Positions 27,794-37,141 of a stretch of 52,949 nt of DNA are shown piece after piece. The notes below the pieces were generated by a model, which was not told the origin of the DNA, made no database searches, and saw nothing but the letters and a program-made list of their open reading frames with translations. This stretch comes from a virus (lineage: Duplodnaviria > Caudoviricetes). The stretch lies in the IMG/VR virus record IMGVR_UViG_3300045120_000139, positions 1 through 52,949 of that record. One strand, 5' to 3'. Every line of letters begins with the position of its first letter. The stretch's first letter is position 1. Both the position numbers and the translations under genes were made by a program.

Positions 27794-27821
27794 ATTATAT
27801 ACCTATACCAGAGCTAAGCAA
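27794..27821 (-). promoter_or_regulatory. Sigma70-like promoter
   Basis: TTGCTT-16 bp-TATAAT in an AT-rich patch. Confidence 0.6.
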
Positions 27822-28517
27822 CCTTTCGAAGGCTAGGCCGCTGCGAATCTCGGAATGAGTGGATTGCCCCCATGCCAAACACCTCAGCATCGCAAGGCGC
27901 CCTTCGTCCGTGTTCTCGCAAGCCGCAATCCAGTAGCGCTGGTGCGACTCTACCGGGATGCCCCATATCAACGCCAGAACCGCAGCACCGCTGCCCCACG
28001 TCACGACGCGCCCGCATTGCGCCAAGTCCTCGCGGAGCGGCTTGGAGTTCGTGTTGCGGCCTGGGTGCGCCCTGATGCGGCCACGCTGGCGCTGCGGCCA
28101 ATCGCCCGGCATGCGGTATGCAGCCGGACCTATGCCGCGAGATGCCAGAACAACGGTCTCGCCCTCAGTCCGCCACGGCTCAAGTTCAACGCCGAGCGAA
28201 TCGAAGCGGTCAGGACCGAGATCCGGAAACGTCCCCGCGACATTGTGGAAATTCCTTGTTAGCGTGTACCACTCGCGGCCGGCGAACGAATTGCCCCAGG
28301 TCGCGTTCTCTGTCACCAGCACAGTGTTGCCACGCTCCGTGAAGATGCGCGCAACCGTGTCGCCTTCATGGATGCGATTCCATGTGCAGAGTATGTCGCC
28401 GGGCTCAGGCGCATGCGTCATGCCGTCAACGACTTCGTAGCCGAGCCTGCGCAGCCCTTTCGTGAACATCGCGCGCCGTTCTGGAACGGTAAAACGGAGA
28501 TTCAGGTATGCGCGCAT
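27795..28517 (-). CDS. GT-B glycosyltransferase, KpsS/KpsC-like (second paralog)
   Basis: IRAHP, VVTWGSGAAVLALIWGIPV, LAWGQ. Confidence 0.7.
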   Translation of the reverse strand: MRAYLNLRFTVPERRAMFTKGLRRLGYEVVDGMTHAPEPGDILCTWNRIHEGDTVARIFTERGNTVLVTENATWGNSFAGREWYTLTRNFHNVAGTFPDLGPDRFDSLGVELEPWRTEGETVVLASRGIGPAAYRMPGDWPQRQRGRIRAHPGRNTNSKPLREDLAQCGRVVTWGSGAAVLALIWGIPVESHQRYWIAACENTDEGRLAMLRCLAWGQSTHSEIRSGLAFERLLSSGIGI

Positions 28518-28868
28518 TCAACCACGATTTATCAATGCAATCGCCGGAATGCTCATCCAATCCAACCCAGTCTCAGGATCGCGTATCGGCGGCGCAAGGT
28601 TGAATATCGTTCCGTCCACCCCGTTGATCACATGCACCGCGCGCATGCTCGCCTTGATGGCCGAGTTGTAGCGCATGATGATCACGGTCGTGCTTTCCGA
28701 GGCAACCTGCTCGCTGGCGAGAAGATCGCGCGCGCTCAATGGGCGAATTTCAGCCCAGAACGTATCGAGTTCTTCCCATTCAACATCCGTCTCGCCGAAG
28801 CTGTTCTTCGTCTGGACTTGCTGCTCAACGCGGATGCGATGACGCAAGCGCCCTGCAAGCAGTTTCAC
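28518..28868 (-). CDS. Head closure/head-tail adaptor (SPP1 gp16-like)
   Basis: AGRLRHRI, WAEIRPLSARD, MRY. Confidence 0.9.
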   Translation of the reverse strand: MKLLAGRLRHRIRVEQQVQTKNSFGETDVEWEELDTFWAEIRPLSARDLLASEQVASESTTVIIMRYNSAIKASMRAVHVINGVDGTIFNLAPPIRDPETGLDWMSIPAIALINRG

Positions 28869-29254
28869 CAGCGCCACCAGCAACGGCGAGTCTTGAGCTT
28901 GGCGTACTCCGCATCCGTGACGCCGCATGTCGGTACGCGGTATGGGTAAAGCAACGCCGAAACAGGACGCGGCAAAAACCCCAACTCGTATTCGTGCCCG
29001 CCATCTTCGTCGCGCTGCCGATCGAAATATCCGATAAGCATCAGCGTGGCGATCTGCACATCTTCCGGGACGTCGATCGCAATACCGGCACTGTCCTCCG
29101 GAATCTCCCCAGACGACTCCGCGAACGATGGCGATTTCAGATAGGTGACTACTGCGCGCGACGCGGCCTTCACCTTCAGCAAGATGTCGTTGTCTCCATC
29201 CGTTGTATCTACGCGCAGATGCTCCCTTGCCTGCTGAAGCGTGACGAGCATCAT
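28865..29254 (-). CDS. Head-tail connector (HK97 gp6-like)
   Basis: LVTLQQAREHLRVD, VPEDVQIATLML, LLYPYR. Confidence 0.9.
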   Translation of the reverse strand: MMLVTLQQAREHLRVDTTDGDNDILLKVKAASRAVVTYLKSPSFAESSGEIPEDSAGIAIDVPEDVQIATLMLIGYFDRQRDEDGGHEYELGFLPRPVSALLYPYRVPTCGVTDAEYAKLKTRRCWWRW

Positions 29255-29853
29255 TGCGCGATTCTCACTGGCCGCGGCGCCTGAGCTATCCTCACCGTCT
29301 CACGTCCATCACGCCCGCGCTTGACGGCCAAGCGCCAATCCTGGCTTGTCCCAGGCTCACCCTCAGGCCCATCCTTTTGCGCAATAAAGAACGAACCGCG
29401 CCAGCTTACGCCGTCGCCTTTCAGATATGAGTCCGCATCCACATCCCACACGCCACGATCGAGAAAAGCAGCGAGCTTGACGGGAAACTCCTTGATGCTG
29501 TCGCCAAGCGAAAAGCGGAACACCGCATTCCTTTCATCGATCTGCTCGAATGACAGATTATCGAACCCCAGCGCATCCTTGCCGTCCTTTGGCTTAGGTG
29601 CATTCTCCATTGCTCGAATCAGCAAGTCTTGAGCGCGGCGCTCGAAGTCCAGTTCCCAGCTTTTGACGGCCGGTGCAAGAGAAAGCGCAACATCTTCTGC
29701 GGTGATGCTATGCGCTTTGTTGATGGAATCCACGTCCTTCCTGAGCGCCGCAATAGACTCGACGATCGGAGCAATAGCCTTTGCGCACATCGATCGCATT
29801 GCAGCAGCGACAGCTTGCGCCATGCCTTTCGACTGAGCCGCTGTGTCGCTCAT
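29251..29853 (-). CDS. Conserved portal-adjacent head accessory protein
   Basis: PKDGKDALGFD, DRGVW, YLKGDGVSWRGS, WRLAVKRGRDG. Confidence 0.75.
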   Translation of the reverse strand: MSDTAAQSKGMAQAVAAAMRSMCAKAIAPIVESIAALRKDVDSINKAHSITAEDVALSLAPAVKSWELDFERRAQDLLIRAMENAPKPKDGKDALGFDNLSFEQIDERNAVFRFSLGDSIKEFPVKLAAFLDRGVWDVDADSYLKGDGVSWRGSFFIAQKDGPEGEPGTSQDWRLAVKRGRDGRETVRIAQAPRPVRIAQ

Positions 29854-29942
29854 TTCAACTCCCAATAATTTCCTAAGTTCAATGCGACATCCTTCAGCCG
29901 CGACTTGATGACGCATAGGGCGCGCTCGGCGAGGGATTTCAT

Positions 29943-32030
29943 TTAGTTCTCGGTGTAGACAGAGATCGATTCCACACCGATCGTGGCGTCGCCAGCGGTG
30001 GTGTTGGCCGTTCCGTTCGACATCAGGACCGCATATCCGAGAGCCGTGGTGTTGACTGGCAAGTCCGTGTTCGTGCATGTGTCGACCAGCGTCGTTGCCT
30101 GAATAAGATCATCGAGCCTGTAACAAATCTGTGTGTCGTTTGGATATGCATGAATGTAGGCGATGAACGCAGTGTTGTTCGTGGCAAGCGTTGCCTGCCC
30201 GCCAATCGCATCCTTGGTGGCTGTGCCGCTTCCATCGTTGTGGCAGAACGTCCAAGCCGTATCGCCGAGATCAAAGCAGAACCCCGCAATATTCACCAGC
30301 GAGGAAGGATTTCCGGTTACCGTGTTCGCTCCGGCGGTCGATGGCTGCATCCCGACAAAACCGCGCATGCCTGTCTTGATCGAGGTGAAGCCGAACCGCG
30401 TGATCTCCATGAACCCGCCGACGCCCGCAGCATTACCGCGGAAGTGAGAGAACGCCCCCTCGCGCATCCCCACTTGCTGATTCTGCGTCGTCACCACCGA
30501 AGCGAATGTGCTTCGCTTCATCGTGGTGTATCTGTTCGTAATCGTTGGGGTGGGTGAGGCGGCCGTTCCGGCTTGTGAGTTCGGCACGCCGTACACCAAT
30601 CCAGCGGCGCCGCCTGTAGCCATCCATCCGCTCTTGAAACCACCCGCCTCCGGGAATTCCAAATATCGCGGGACGCCTAGTTGTCCGACATCGCAAAGTG
30701 TTTCGCGACCGGAGAGTTTGCAAGCCTGGAACGTGGTGTTGCTGGCCGCCGGCGCCGATTGAATTGCAGCGGTTGCCATCACCAGCGACGGTGTAGATGA
30801 CAGTGTCTGCGCTCCCGTGATCGTCGGCGTCGCAATCGTCGGACTCGTGCCGAGCACGACGGAATTGCTGCCAGTGGTGCCGTTTGTTAGATCGGAGGCG
30901 GCCAGCGTCTGAGTGCCACCGAGCGCCACGGAATGACCGGCGATGGTCATCGACGAGTTGCTGAGCGTCGCGTTCGGAATAGCGCTCAGCGTCAGCACAC
31001 CAGAGCTGGAAAGCGTTGCGGTTGCGCCCGAACCACTTACTGTAACCGGCGCGTATGCTGTGCCGCCTGCATTGCCTGCGAGGATTTGACCAGCGCTCGG
31101 TGCCGTATTCGGAACGATCGCGGCCTTGGTCTGCGCGTCATTGGTTACGTTGCCTAGCACCGAACCGCCCAGGGCTGTTGACGTTCCGCCGATGGTGATG
31201 GACGAATTCGCAAGGTCCGCGTTCGCCACGGTCGCGCACGTCGGCACAGCGCTGCTGTTGATGGAACGAACGAACTGCGTGGTGCAGGTTCCGCCCGGCG
31301 TGTTGCCGTTGACCTTGGCGACCGTGGGGCCGGGATAGCTTCCGGACAGGTCGCCGCTTGCTGAGCCGTTCGGCGGCAAGGACGTTGCCGAGCACCCGGT
31401 CGCGCCGTTGGACAGGTCAGCGCACGCCGCCTGCGAGACGACGCCGGAGCCGTTGCCCTTGAGCGCGCCCGTGATTGTGCCCGCACCGCCGCGTGCTGCT
31501 GCGAGCGTGCCGCTGCCGATGTTCGAAGCGTTGGTCGCGTCCGTCGCGCAACTGGCCGAGGCATCGGAGAGATCGCCACACGCCGGCTGCGCAGCTGCAG
31601 GAACGCCGCTGGTACTGATCGAGGTAAGGAAGTTGTGCGATACCGCCGTCTTCGACTGCACGCCACCCAGCGACGACGACGACGGATTCGGCAGCCGCGC
31701 CGCGCCAAGCGTGCCGGAACTGATGTTGCTGGCGTTCGTGGTATCGGTCGTGGCGCTGGCAGCAAACGCGACGCCATTGGTCTTGGTGCAAGTCAGCACG
31801 CCAGAGCCGCCGGGCGTGGTGCAGTCGCCGCTGAGCGGCGCCAGCATGGTCAGGTCGAGATAGCCGAGCGGGTTGATTAGCGGCACCTTGGCCGCGTCTC
31901 CAGCGCCTGCGCTCGTGTCCTTGGCCGCGACGAGCCCATGATTCGGCGGGTTGCTGGTGACTAGTGTATTGGTCGCCGCACCGGCTGAAATGGAAATCAG
32001 CAGCGCGAGCAGTGCATGGAATCGCATCAT
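29943..32030 (-). CDS. Repeat-rich S/T/A/G fibre-like protein with a signal-peptide-like N-terminus
   Basis: 695 aa; repeats TNASNIxSGTLxAAR, CxDLS, NxxLxNSSxTI; globular C-terminus. Confidence 0.75.
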   Translation of the reverse strand: MMRFHALLALLISISAGAATNTLVTSNPPNHGLVAAKDTSAGAGDAAKVPLINPLGYLDLTMLAPLSGDCTTPGGSGVLTCTKTNGVAFAASATTDTTNASNISSGTLGAARLPNPSSSSLGGVQSKTAVSHNFLTSISTSGVPAAAQPACGDLSDASASCATDATNASNIGSGTLAAARGGAGTITGALKGNGSGVVSQAACADLSNGATGCSATSLPPNGSASGDLSGSYPGPTVAKVNGNTPGGTCTTQFVRSINSSAVPTCATVANADLANSSITIGGTSTALGGSVLGNVTNDAQTKAAIVPNTAPSAGQILAGNAGGTAYAPVTVSGSGATATLSSSGVLTLSAIPNATLSNSSMTIAGHSVALGGTQTLAASDLTNGTTGSNSVVLGTSPTIATPTITGAQTLSSTPSLVMATAAIQSAPAASNTTFQACKLSGRETLCDVGQLGVPRYLEFPEAGGFKSGWMATGGAAGLVYGVPNSQAGTAASPTPTITNRYTTMKRSTFASVVTTQNQQVGMREGAFSHFRGNAAGVGGFMEITRFGFTSIKTGMRGFVGMQPSTAGANTVTGNPSSLVNIAGFCFDLGDTAWTFCHNDGSGTATKDAIGGQATLATNNTAFIAYIHAYPNDTQICYRLDDLIQATTLVDTCTNTDLPVNTTALGYAVLMSNGTANTTAGDATIGVESISVYTEN

Positions 32031-32923
32031 GGAATCGGACCATCAGGGGTTTGAGTACGGAGATTCAAAACCGTTGCGCTCAATGCGTCGCCGAGGACGC
32101 AGATGTAGTTTCCGGAACCTGGAACGGCGGCAGTCAGGAATCCGGCCGTGGCCGCGCTGAGATAATATGTTCCAGCGCTCAGCCCGCCAACCTCTCCAGA
32201 GACAACCGCGTCCCATTGAGCCGTGGGAAGGCTCACTGCGCCGCCAATCTGTATTGAACCGGTTGCGCCAGCGACAATCGACACATCAGCCACCAGCCCA
32301 CAGACGCGAATGGTATTGACCGAATTTGCTCGAGCACGCTTCACTACGCCTGCGGCACTGATGTAAACGGCCATGCCAGCGGTCAGAGTAACGCTGTCGC
32401 CATTCTGCATCTGCACGAAGAACTGCGATGGTCCGGCAGCGCCTGTTGGGCCTGGCGGTCCGGTTGGGCCAGTGGATCCGGATATGTTGACGTCTCCAGC
32501 TCCGACGCTGGCGACTACTCCGCCATTCAGGCCTTGCGGGCCGCGCAGATCTACCGCCAACCCCCAAGTTCCATCGGGGTTCTGAAATTGCAGCTTTGTG
32601 CCTAGCCAGCGATGCGCAGGGATTGGCCCTTGCGGTCCCTGCGGACCTTCTGGGCCTCGCTCTCCGACAGCGCCGGCCGGACCAGGAGCGCCGCGCGCTC
32701 CTGTCTGACCTTTCTCGCCTACCTCGCCACGGAGGCCACGCGGACCGCCCGGAGGGCCTTGCTCGCCACGCGGGCCAGGGTCGCCCTTGGGGCCGCGCTC
32801 GCCGCGGTCTCCACGGTCGCCCTTGCTGCCAATCTCGCCCTGCAGGCCAGACCTGCCGCGCAGCACTTCCCGTTTTTCTACGCAAATCTCACTGATGAGA
32901 CGCGTAAGCTGGCGCTCATCCAT
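32027..32923 (-). CDS. Collagen-like protein with C-terminal capsid decoration/head-fibre-like domain
   Basis: Long G-X-Y run; TAGMAVYIS...GTYYLS...VLGDALSAT. Confidence 0.8.
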   Translation of the reverse strand: MDERQLTRLISEICVEKREVLRGRSGLQGEIGSKGDRGDRGERGPKGDPGPRGEQGPPGGPRGLRGEVGEKGQTGARGAPGPAGAVGERGPEGPQGPQGPIPAHRWLGTKLQFQNPDGTWGLAVDLRGPQGLNGGVVASVGAGDVNISGSTGPTGPPGPTGAAGPSQFFVQMQNGDSVTLTAGMAVYISAAGVVKRARANSVNTIRVCGLVADVSIVAGATGSIQIGGAVSLPTAQWDAVVSGEVGGLSAGTYYLSAATAGFLTAAVPGSGNYICVLGDALSATVLNLRTQTPDGPIP

Positions 32924-33323
32924 TCACTTCGGCCTCGAGCGCGGAACGAAATTCGGCGAGATCGAAGCCGAACTCGCCCGGATCACCTTTCTCGCCCTTC
33001 TCACCGCGTTCACCTGACAGGCCGCGCGGACCGGCATCACCTGGTTCACCTTGTAGGCCGCGCTCGCCAATAGCGCCGCGGTCTCCGCGTTCTCCGGTGT
33101 CCCCACGTTCGCCCTGTGGACCGATAAGGCCGTCCAGCCCATCCTTGCCGTCGATTCCGTCTCGTCCTTCCTTGCCCGCAGGAATGGCCTTGATGGCTTC
33201 CTGCCATTCCAAACGCGCAGCCGAGAGACCGCTGTCAATGCGACTGGCAAGTTCATCAAGTGCAGGCTGAACAAAACCGCGAACCTGTTTCATTACCACC
33301 AAGGCAAATTGCGAAATGTCCAT
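32916..33323 (-). CDS. Collagen-like protein
   Basis: About 22 G-X-Y triplets after an N-terminal helix. Confidence 0.8.
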   Translation of the reverse strand: MDISQFALVVMKQVRGFVQPALDELASRIDSGLSAARLEWQEAIKAIPAGKEGRDGIDGKDGLDGLIGPQGERGDTGERGDRGAIGERGLQGEPGDAGPRGLSGERGEKGEKGDPGEFGFDLAEFRSALEAEVNG

Positions 33324-34756
33324 CAGGCGGCCTTCGAATGGATTGGCGCGGGAAGTGAAAGAGGCGCGATGCTGGCCGTCACAAGTTCGAACTCCGCCTC
33401 AAGTATGTCGACAGTGATTGCCTTGGCCGGAGGTGCTTGCGCCGGATCCGCTGTAGCTGGTGAGCCATCAGCGGATGGCGTTGGGTTCGAAGTTGGCCGA
33501 TCGATCACAAACGGGTTATCCAACGAGTCGCGCTTCGAAAGGGCTTTGAGGCTGAAATTCTGCTGCTGAAGGTACGGCGTATCGCCGCCCGCAGCCTTCC
33601 GGAGGCCGAGTTTCTTACGCGCATCGTTCGGCGCCAGCATGCCGCGCGCAACACCCTCGCCAAGGGTATTCATCTGAGTCTTCTGATCCATGCGCAGCAA
33701 GGCGTCTGTGTCCAGAAGAATGTCGTACGGGTCTTTGATTCCCAAGCCTTCCTCAAGCAGTTGCTCCATCTTCTCGATAAGCGTCTGCAGGCAGTCGCTC
33801 AGATATTGCTGGTTCAGGGCTTCAATGTTGTCGTAGCTCGGCATGGTTCCAACACCGACCTTGTGCGGCGGCATCTGGAAAACCGTGCAGACCTGAAGGT
33901 CGGACATCTTGAGTTGTTCGATCATCTGCGCATCCACGCTGCTCATTGTGAGCTGCGTGAATTTCAGACCGTCGCCGAGGATGGCGACCTTTCCTGCGTT
34001 CTCGCCCGTATATCCAGCGTTGAACTTCTTCTTCAATTCCGAGGCTTGCTCGTCGCCAATGTTTCCAGGCGCCGTGATGATGCCGCTGATTTTTGCACCG
34101 TTGAGATAGAAGCGGGCCGAGTTCTTTTCGATCTCCAGTCCCACAGCCGCAGGCAGTGCAGCTGCGAAAAGCGGCGAAATGCCTATCAACGGATGGAATA
34201 GGCAGTTCATTCGGTCATGGATGATCTCTGACGCCGGAACCACGACAGACTCCGGAAGCTCAGAAATGTTGTCTGCCGAGAGCTGGTAGAAAATAGACCC
34301 GTCAGTCGCCACAAGAGGCTGCACGCGAAGCGGATTCAGCACATGCAGCGCCGTGACCACGCCACGGTTGTCTCTCTGCTTGAGAACAAACGTGTTGCCA
34401 GTGCGCAGCTTGCTGATGATCCATGACTCTTTGAAGTCGATATGGGTCTGGAACGAATTCGGCTTGTTCAGTACCGGAGAAAATGCCGGGCTGGTGGTTT
34501 CCTCGTAGACGTCATCCTCGACTTCGGCAACCAGCATCAAAGCCATCTTCCCGATGTCTGACGAGATGCGCGTGATGCAGGCAAAAACTGCGGTATGTGA
34601 GAGCGCGGTCTCCGGGCTGCATTCCAGATTGCGCTGCCACGCTCCGCCGAAAGGTTCGCGTACTACTGGGAACCACCCACCCCCGCCGAATACGTTGGAC
34701 ATCCAGTTCGGCGCATTCTTCTTCGAACGCGTTATTTCCAGCCCGAAGAAACGCAT
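33323..34756 (-). CDS. Portal protein, HK97 family
   Basis: [39 protein letters not shown]; likely start ATG 34756. Confidence 0.95.
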   Translation of the reverse strand: MRFFGLEITRSKKNAPNWMSNVFGGGGWFPVVREPFGGAWQRNLECSPETALSHTAVFACITRISSDIGKMALMLVAEVEDDVYEETTSPAFSPVLNKPNSFQTHIDFKESWIISKLRTGNTFVLKQRDNRGVVTALHVLNPLRVQPLVATDGSIFYQLSADNISELPESVVVPASEIIHDRMNCLFHPLIGISPLFAAALPAAVGLEIEKNSARFYLNGAKISGIITAPGNIGDEQASELKKKFNAGYTGENAGKVAILGDGLKFTQLTMSSVDAQMIEQLKMSDLQVCTVFQMPPHKVGVGTMPSYDNIEALNQQYLSDCLQTLIEKMEQLLEEGLGIKDPYDILLDTDALLRMDQKTQMNTLGEGVARGMLAPNDARKKLGLRKAAGGDTPYLQQQNFSLKALSKRDSLDNPFVIDRPTSNPTPSADGSPATADPAQAPPAKAITVDILEAEFELVTASIAPLSLPAPIHSKAA

Positions 34757-34980
34757 CAGCTTGTGGCCGTGGTCATCACGCGGCGGCGATAGGGACGCTT
34801 CGCACGTTCTGCCATAACGCCCGCGAGTGCAGTTTGAGTCTCGGCGTGCGCAGGAGCGCGCTCGCACCAGCCAAGCGCTTCGGCGATCTTTGCCGAGTCT
34901 TCGTCTGCCTCGTAAATGTCGCCGGGAGATTTCTGTCGCTGGTTCATCGTGTGACGAACCAAGGTCTTCATTCGTGCCAT
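34756..34980 (-). CDS. Small post-capsid protein
   Basis: GGAG RBS; PGDIYE...YRRR. Confidence 0.65.
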   Translation of the reverse strand: MARMKTLVRHTMNQRQKSPGDIYEADEDSAKIAEALGWCERAPAHAETQTALAGVMAERAKRPYRRRVMTTATS

Positions 34981-35047
34981 GTGAAACTCCAAAAGAGGCG
35001 CCCGGTTTCCCAGGCGCCTTTCCAACCACAAACTCACTGAGAAACGG

Positions 35048-36508
35048 TTAGACCGGGAATCCGCCCCAGTGCACGCCGGTCAGGTAGAACGCGGCCTGGC
35101 TGCGCGCTGCTTTCCAATTTATCCAGCGCTCCGCCCTTAACGCCACCGAGTTCGTCTGGAACATCGAGACCAGCGAAGCGCCGGTACCGGTCGCCGACGA
35201 GTTCGACGGCGCATCGGACATTTCCAGCGAAGCCTCGCGGCTGGCATCGACCGCCACCTGGCCGTCATCAGCCAGAAGGACGTCGTCTTGCTTGAGCAAC
35301 ACCACGATGTGCGCGCCGTCCGAAGCGCCCACGATGCCCGCGGCGTTCGACACGATGATCGGCAGGCCTTCCAGCACGCCGCCGTTGATGTCGACGCCAG
35401 GGAACACCTTGTTGCCCAGCGAGTTCACCATCAGGCCGAGCGCCATCGCGGTGACCGGCGACATGATCCACACGCAGTTCACTGGCGTTTGATTGCCAGA
35501 AATAAACGGCGCGAATGCCGTCATGATGTCGGTTGCGATGCCGGCCTGCGTGTTCGTGCCAGTGGCTACGGCAGTCGCCGCACCATTGGTGATCGATGCC
35601 GGCTTGATGATGCCGGAACCCGCGTTCGCAGGATCGATGAAGTCGCTGTCGAGCTGCTGCACGATGGCCGCTGCGAGGTCATTGCGGACCAGCATGTCGG
35701 CCCCCGGTGTGGACAGACGCAGCGTTTCGTCCGTAATCACCGTGATCGCTGCGATCTTGGTGAAGTCGAGCAGCACAGTGTCGAACGCCTGCGAGGTCAG
35801 CGGCTTGGCTTTGCCTTCACCAACCCATCCTGCCGTTCCGCCACCCGTCTGACGCTTTACGCGAACTTTGAACGGAACGCGACGAACCGCCGTCAGCTTG
35901 CCGATGATTGTCTGCGGACGCAGGAACTCGATGAACTCGCTGGCGAGGTCCTGATACTGGACCAGGGCGCCGGCAAATGCCGAGTTCGACGTGAGGGCTG
36001 CGTCGACCGTGGCCTTCTCGATGAACTGCGTCGACTGGCCTTGGCCGAAATGCATCTTGATGATGTTGTGCAGCGGCGTCTCTTCGGGATAGAGCGACTT
36101 GGCCTGTTCGAAAGCATCTCGAGCATTGCCGTTGCTCATCGCCATGAGTTTCACGAACCGCGTAAAGCCGATGCCGGGCGGCAGCTTCTTCTCGACAGCA
36201 ACCACGCGCTGATGGCCGGCGCGCGCGTCGCGTTCCTGGTTCGCTTTCCGCGCGGCGACGATCGGGTCTTCATCCGTCTCGACGGTGATCTTGGTAGCCG
36301 TCGAAGCAAGAAGCTTCTCTGACTTCGCCAGACGCGCCAGATGCGTGTCGATCGTTTCGATTTCCTTCTCGATCGCGTCGTATTCCTCGGCCGCTTTCGC
36401 GTCCAGAGTTTCGCCGTCGACCTCGGACTTTTCGAGCAGCACCTTGAGGGCCGCTGCCTTGACCGCACGTGCGTCGGTGAAGGACTTGATCTGACCTTGG
36501 ATGTTCAT
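35048..36508 (-). CDS. Major capsid protein, HK97 fold
   Basis: Coiled-coil delta domain, EFIEFLRP, WVGEG, KIAA, WIMSP, LEGLP, SMFQTN, RAER. Confidence 0.95.
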   Translation of the reverse strand: MNIQGQIKSFTDARAVKAAALKVLLEKSEVDGETLDAKAAEEYDAIEKEIETIDTHLARLAKSEKLLASTATKITVETDEDPIVAARKANQERDARAGHQRVVAVEKKLPPGIGFTRFVKLMAMSNGNARDAFEQAKSLYPEETPLHNIIKMHFGQGQSTQFIEKATVDAALTSNSAFAGALVQYQDLASEFIEFLRPQTIIGKLTAVRRVPFKVRVKRQTGGGTAGWVGEGKAKPLTSQAFDTVLLDFTKIAAITVITDETLRLSTPGADMLVRNDLAAAIVQQLDSDFIDPANAGSGIIKPASITNGAATAVATGTNTQAGIATDIMTAFAPFISGNQTPVNCVWIMSPVTAMALGLMVNSLGNKVFPGVDINGGVLEGLPIIVSNAAGIVGASDGAHIVVLLKQDDVLLADDGQVAVDASREASLEMSDAPSNSSATGTGASLVSMFQTNSVALRAERWINWKAARSQAAFYLTGVHWGGFPV

Positions 36509-37131
36509 GTCTCTGCCTTTGGTAGGGGGATGTCAGCAAGGCGGACGACGCCAGCCTTGGATTTGCCCGCGACGCCGGGCGAGAGACGCACAACACCAGC
36601 AGCAGGTTTGCCAGACGCGGCGCGCTGCTTGGAGTCAAGCGATTTGATGGTTTGAATGGTGCAGTCGGAGTTGCACGGTATCGTCACGACGGACAATTCC
36701 ATGACCTCGGTTTCGTTGAACTTGATGCCGCCGGTTTCCAGGAATTCCATTGCGTTGTTAACCGCGCGGAACCCGATGGACAGGCCGGCTACGAGCTTGT
36801 ACTTGATCGACTGTACAGCCTCATTGATTCGATCCTGAAGAATCCCTGCCTCTTTGACTTTTGGGATTGCCGCAGTGATTGGAATGCCGGACTTCGTGGC
36901 CTTCGCATTCGTGACGTTGCCGATCGGTGAGCGGGAATCGTGCTGCCACAGAAGCGGCAACGGTAGAGCGAACTTCGCTCCCATCGGGTCGATGATATCG
37001 CCGAGACGGTCAGGCGTCGGGGTAGTTGCAAGCCCGGTGATGTAGTAATTGTTCTCGTCCTCTGTGAAGGCACGGATGTCGATCTTCGAATATCCGCGTG
37101 TGATCACTTCAGGACTGGTTTCGGTTTGCAT
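36505..37131 (-). CDS. HK97-family prohead protease
   Basis: DRLGD, LLWQHD, PIG, GLSIGF, ELSVVTIPCN. Confidence 0.95.
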   Translation of the reverse strand: MQTETSPEVITRGYSKIDIRAFTEDENNYYITGLATTPTPDRLGDIIDPMGAKFALPLPLLWQHDSRSPIGNVTNAKATKSGIPITAAIPKVKEAGILQDRINEAVQSIKYKLVAGLSIGFRAVNNAMEFLETGGIKFNETEVMELSVVTIPCNSDCTIQTIKSLDSKQRAASGKPAAGVVRLSPGVAGKSKAGVVRLADIPLPKAET

Positions 37132-37141
37132 CTCAAAACTC

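Noticed and set aside
35288-36322. Long + strand ORFs opposite the capsid gene (similar ones oppose TMP and primase)
   Set aside because: Antisense shadows of GC-rich codon usage, with no recognisable motifs.
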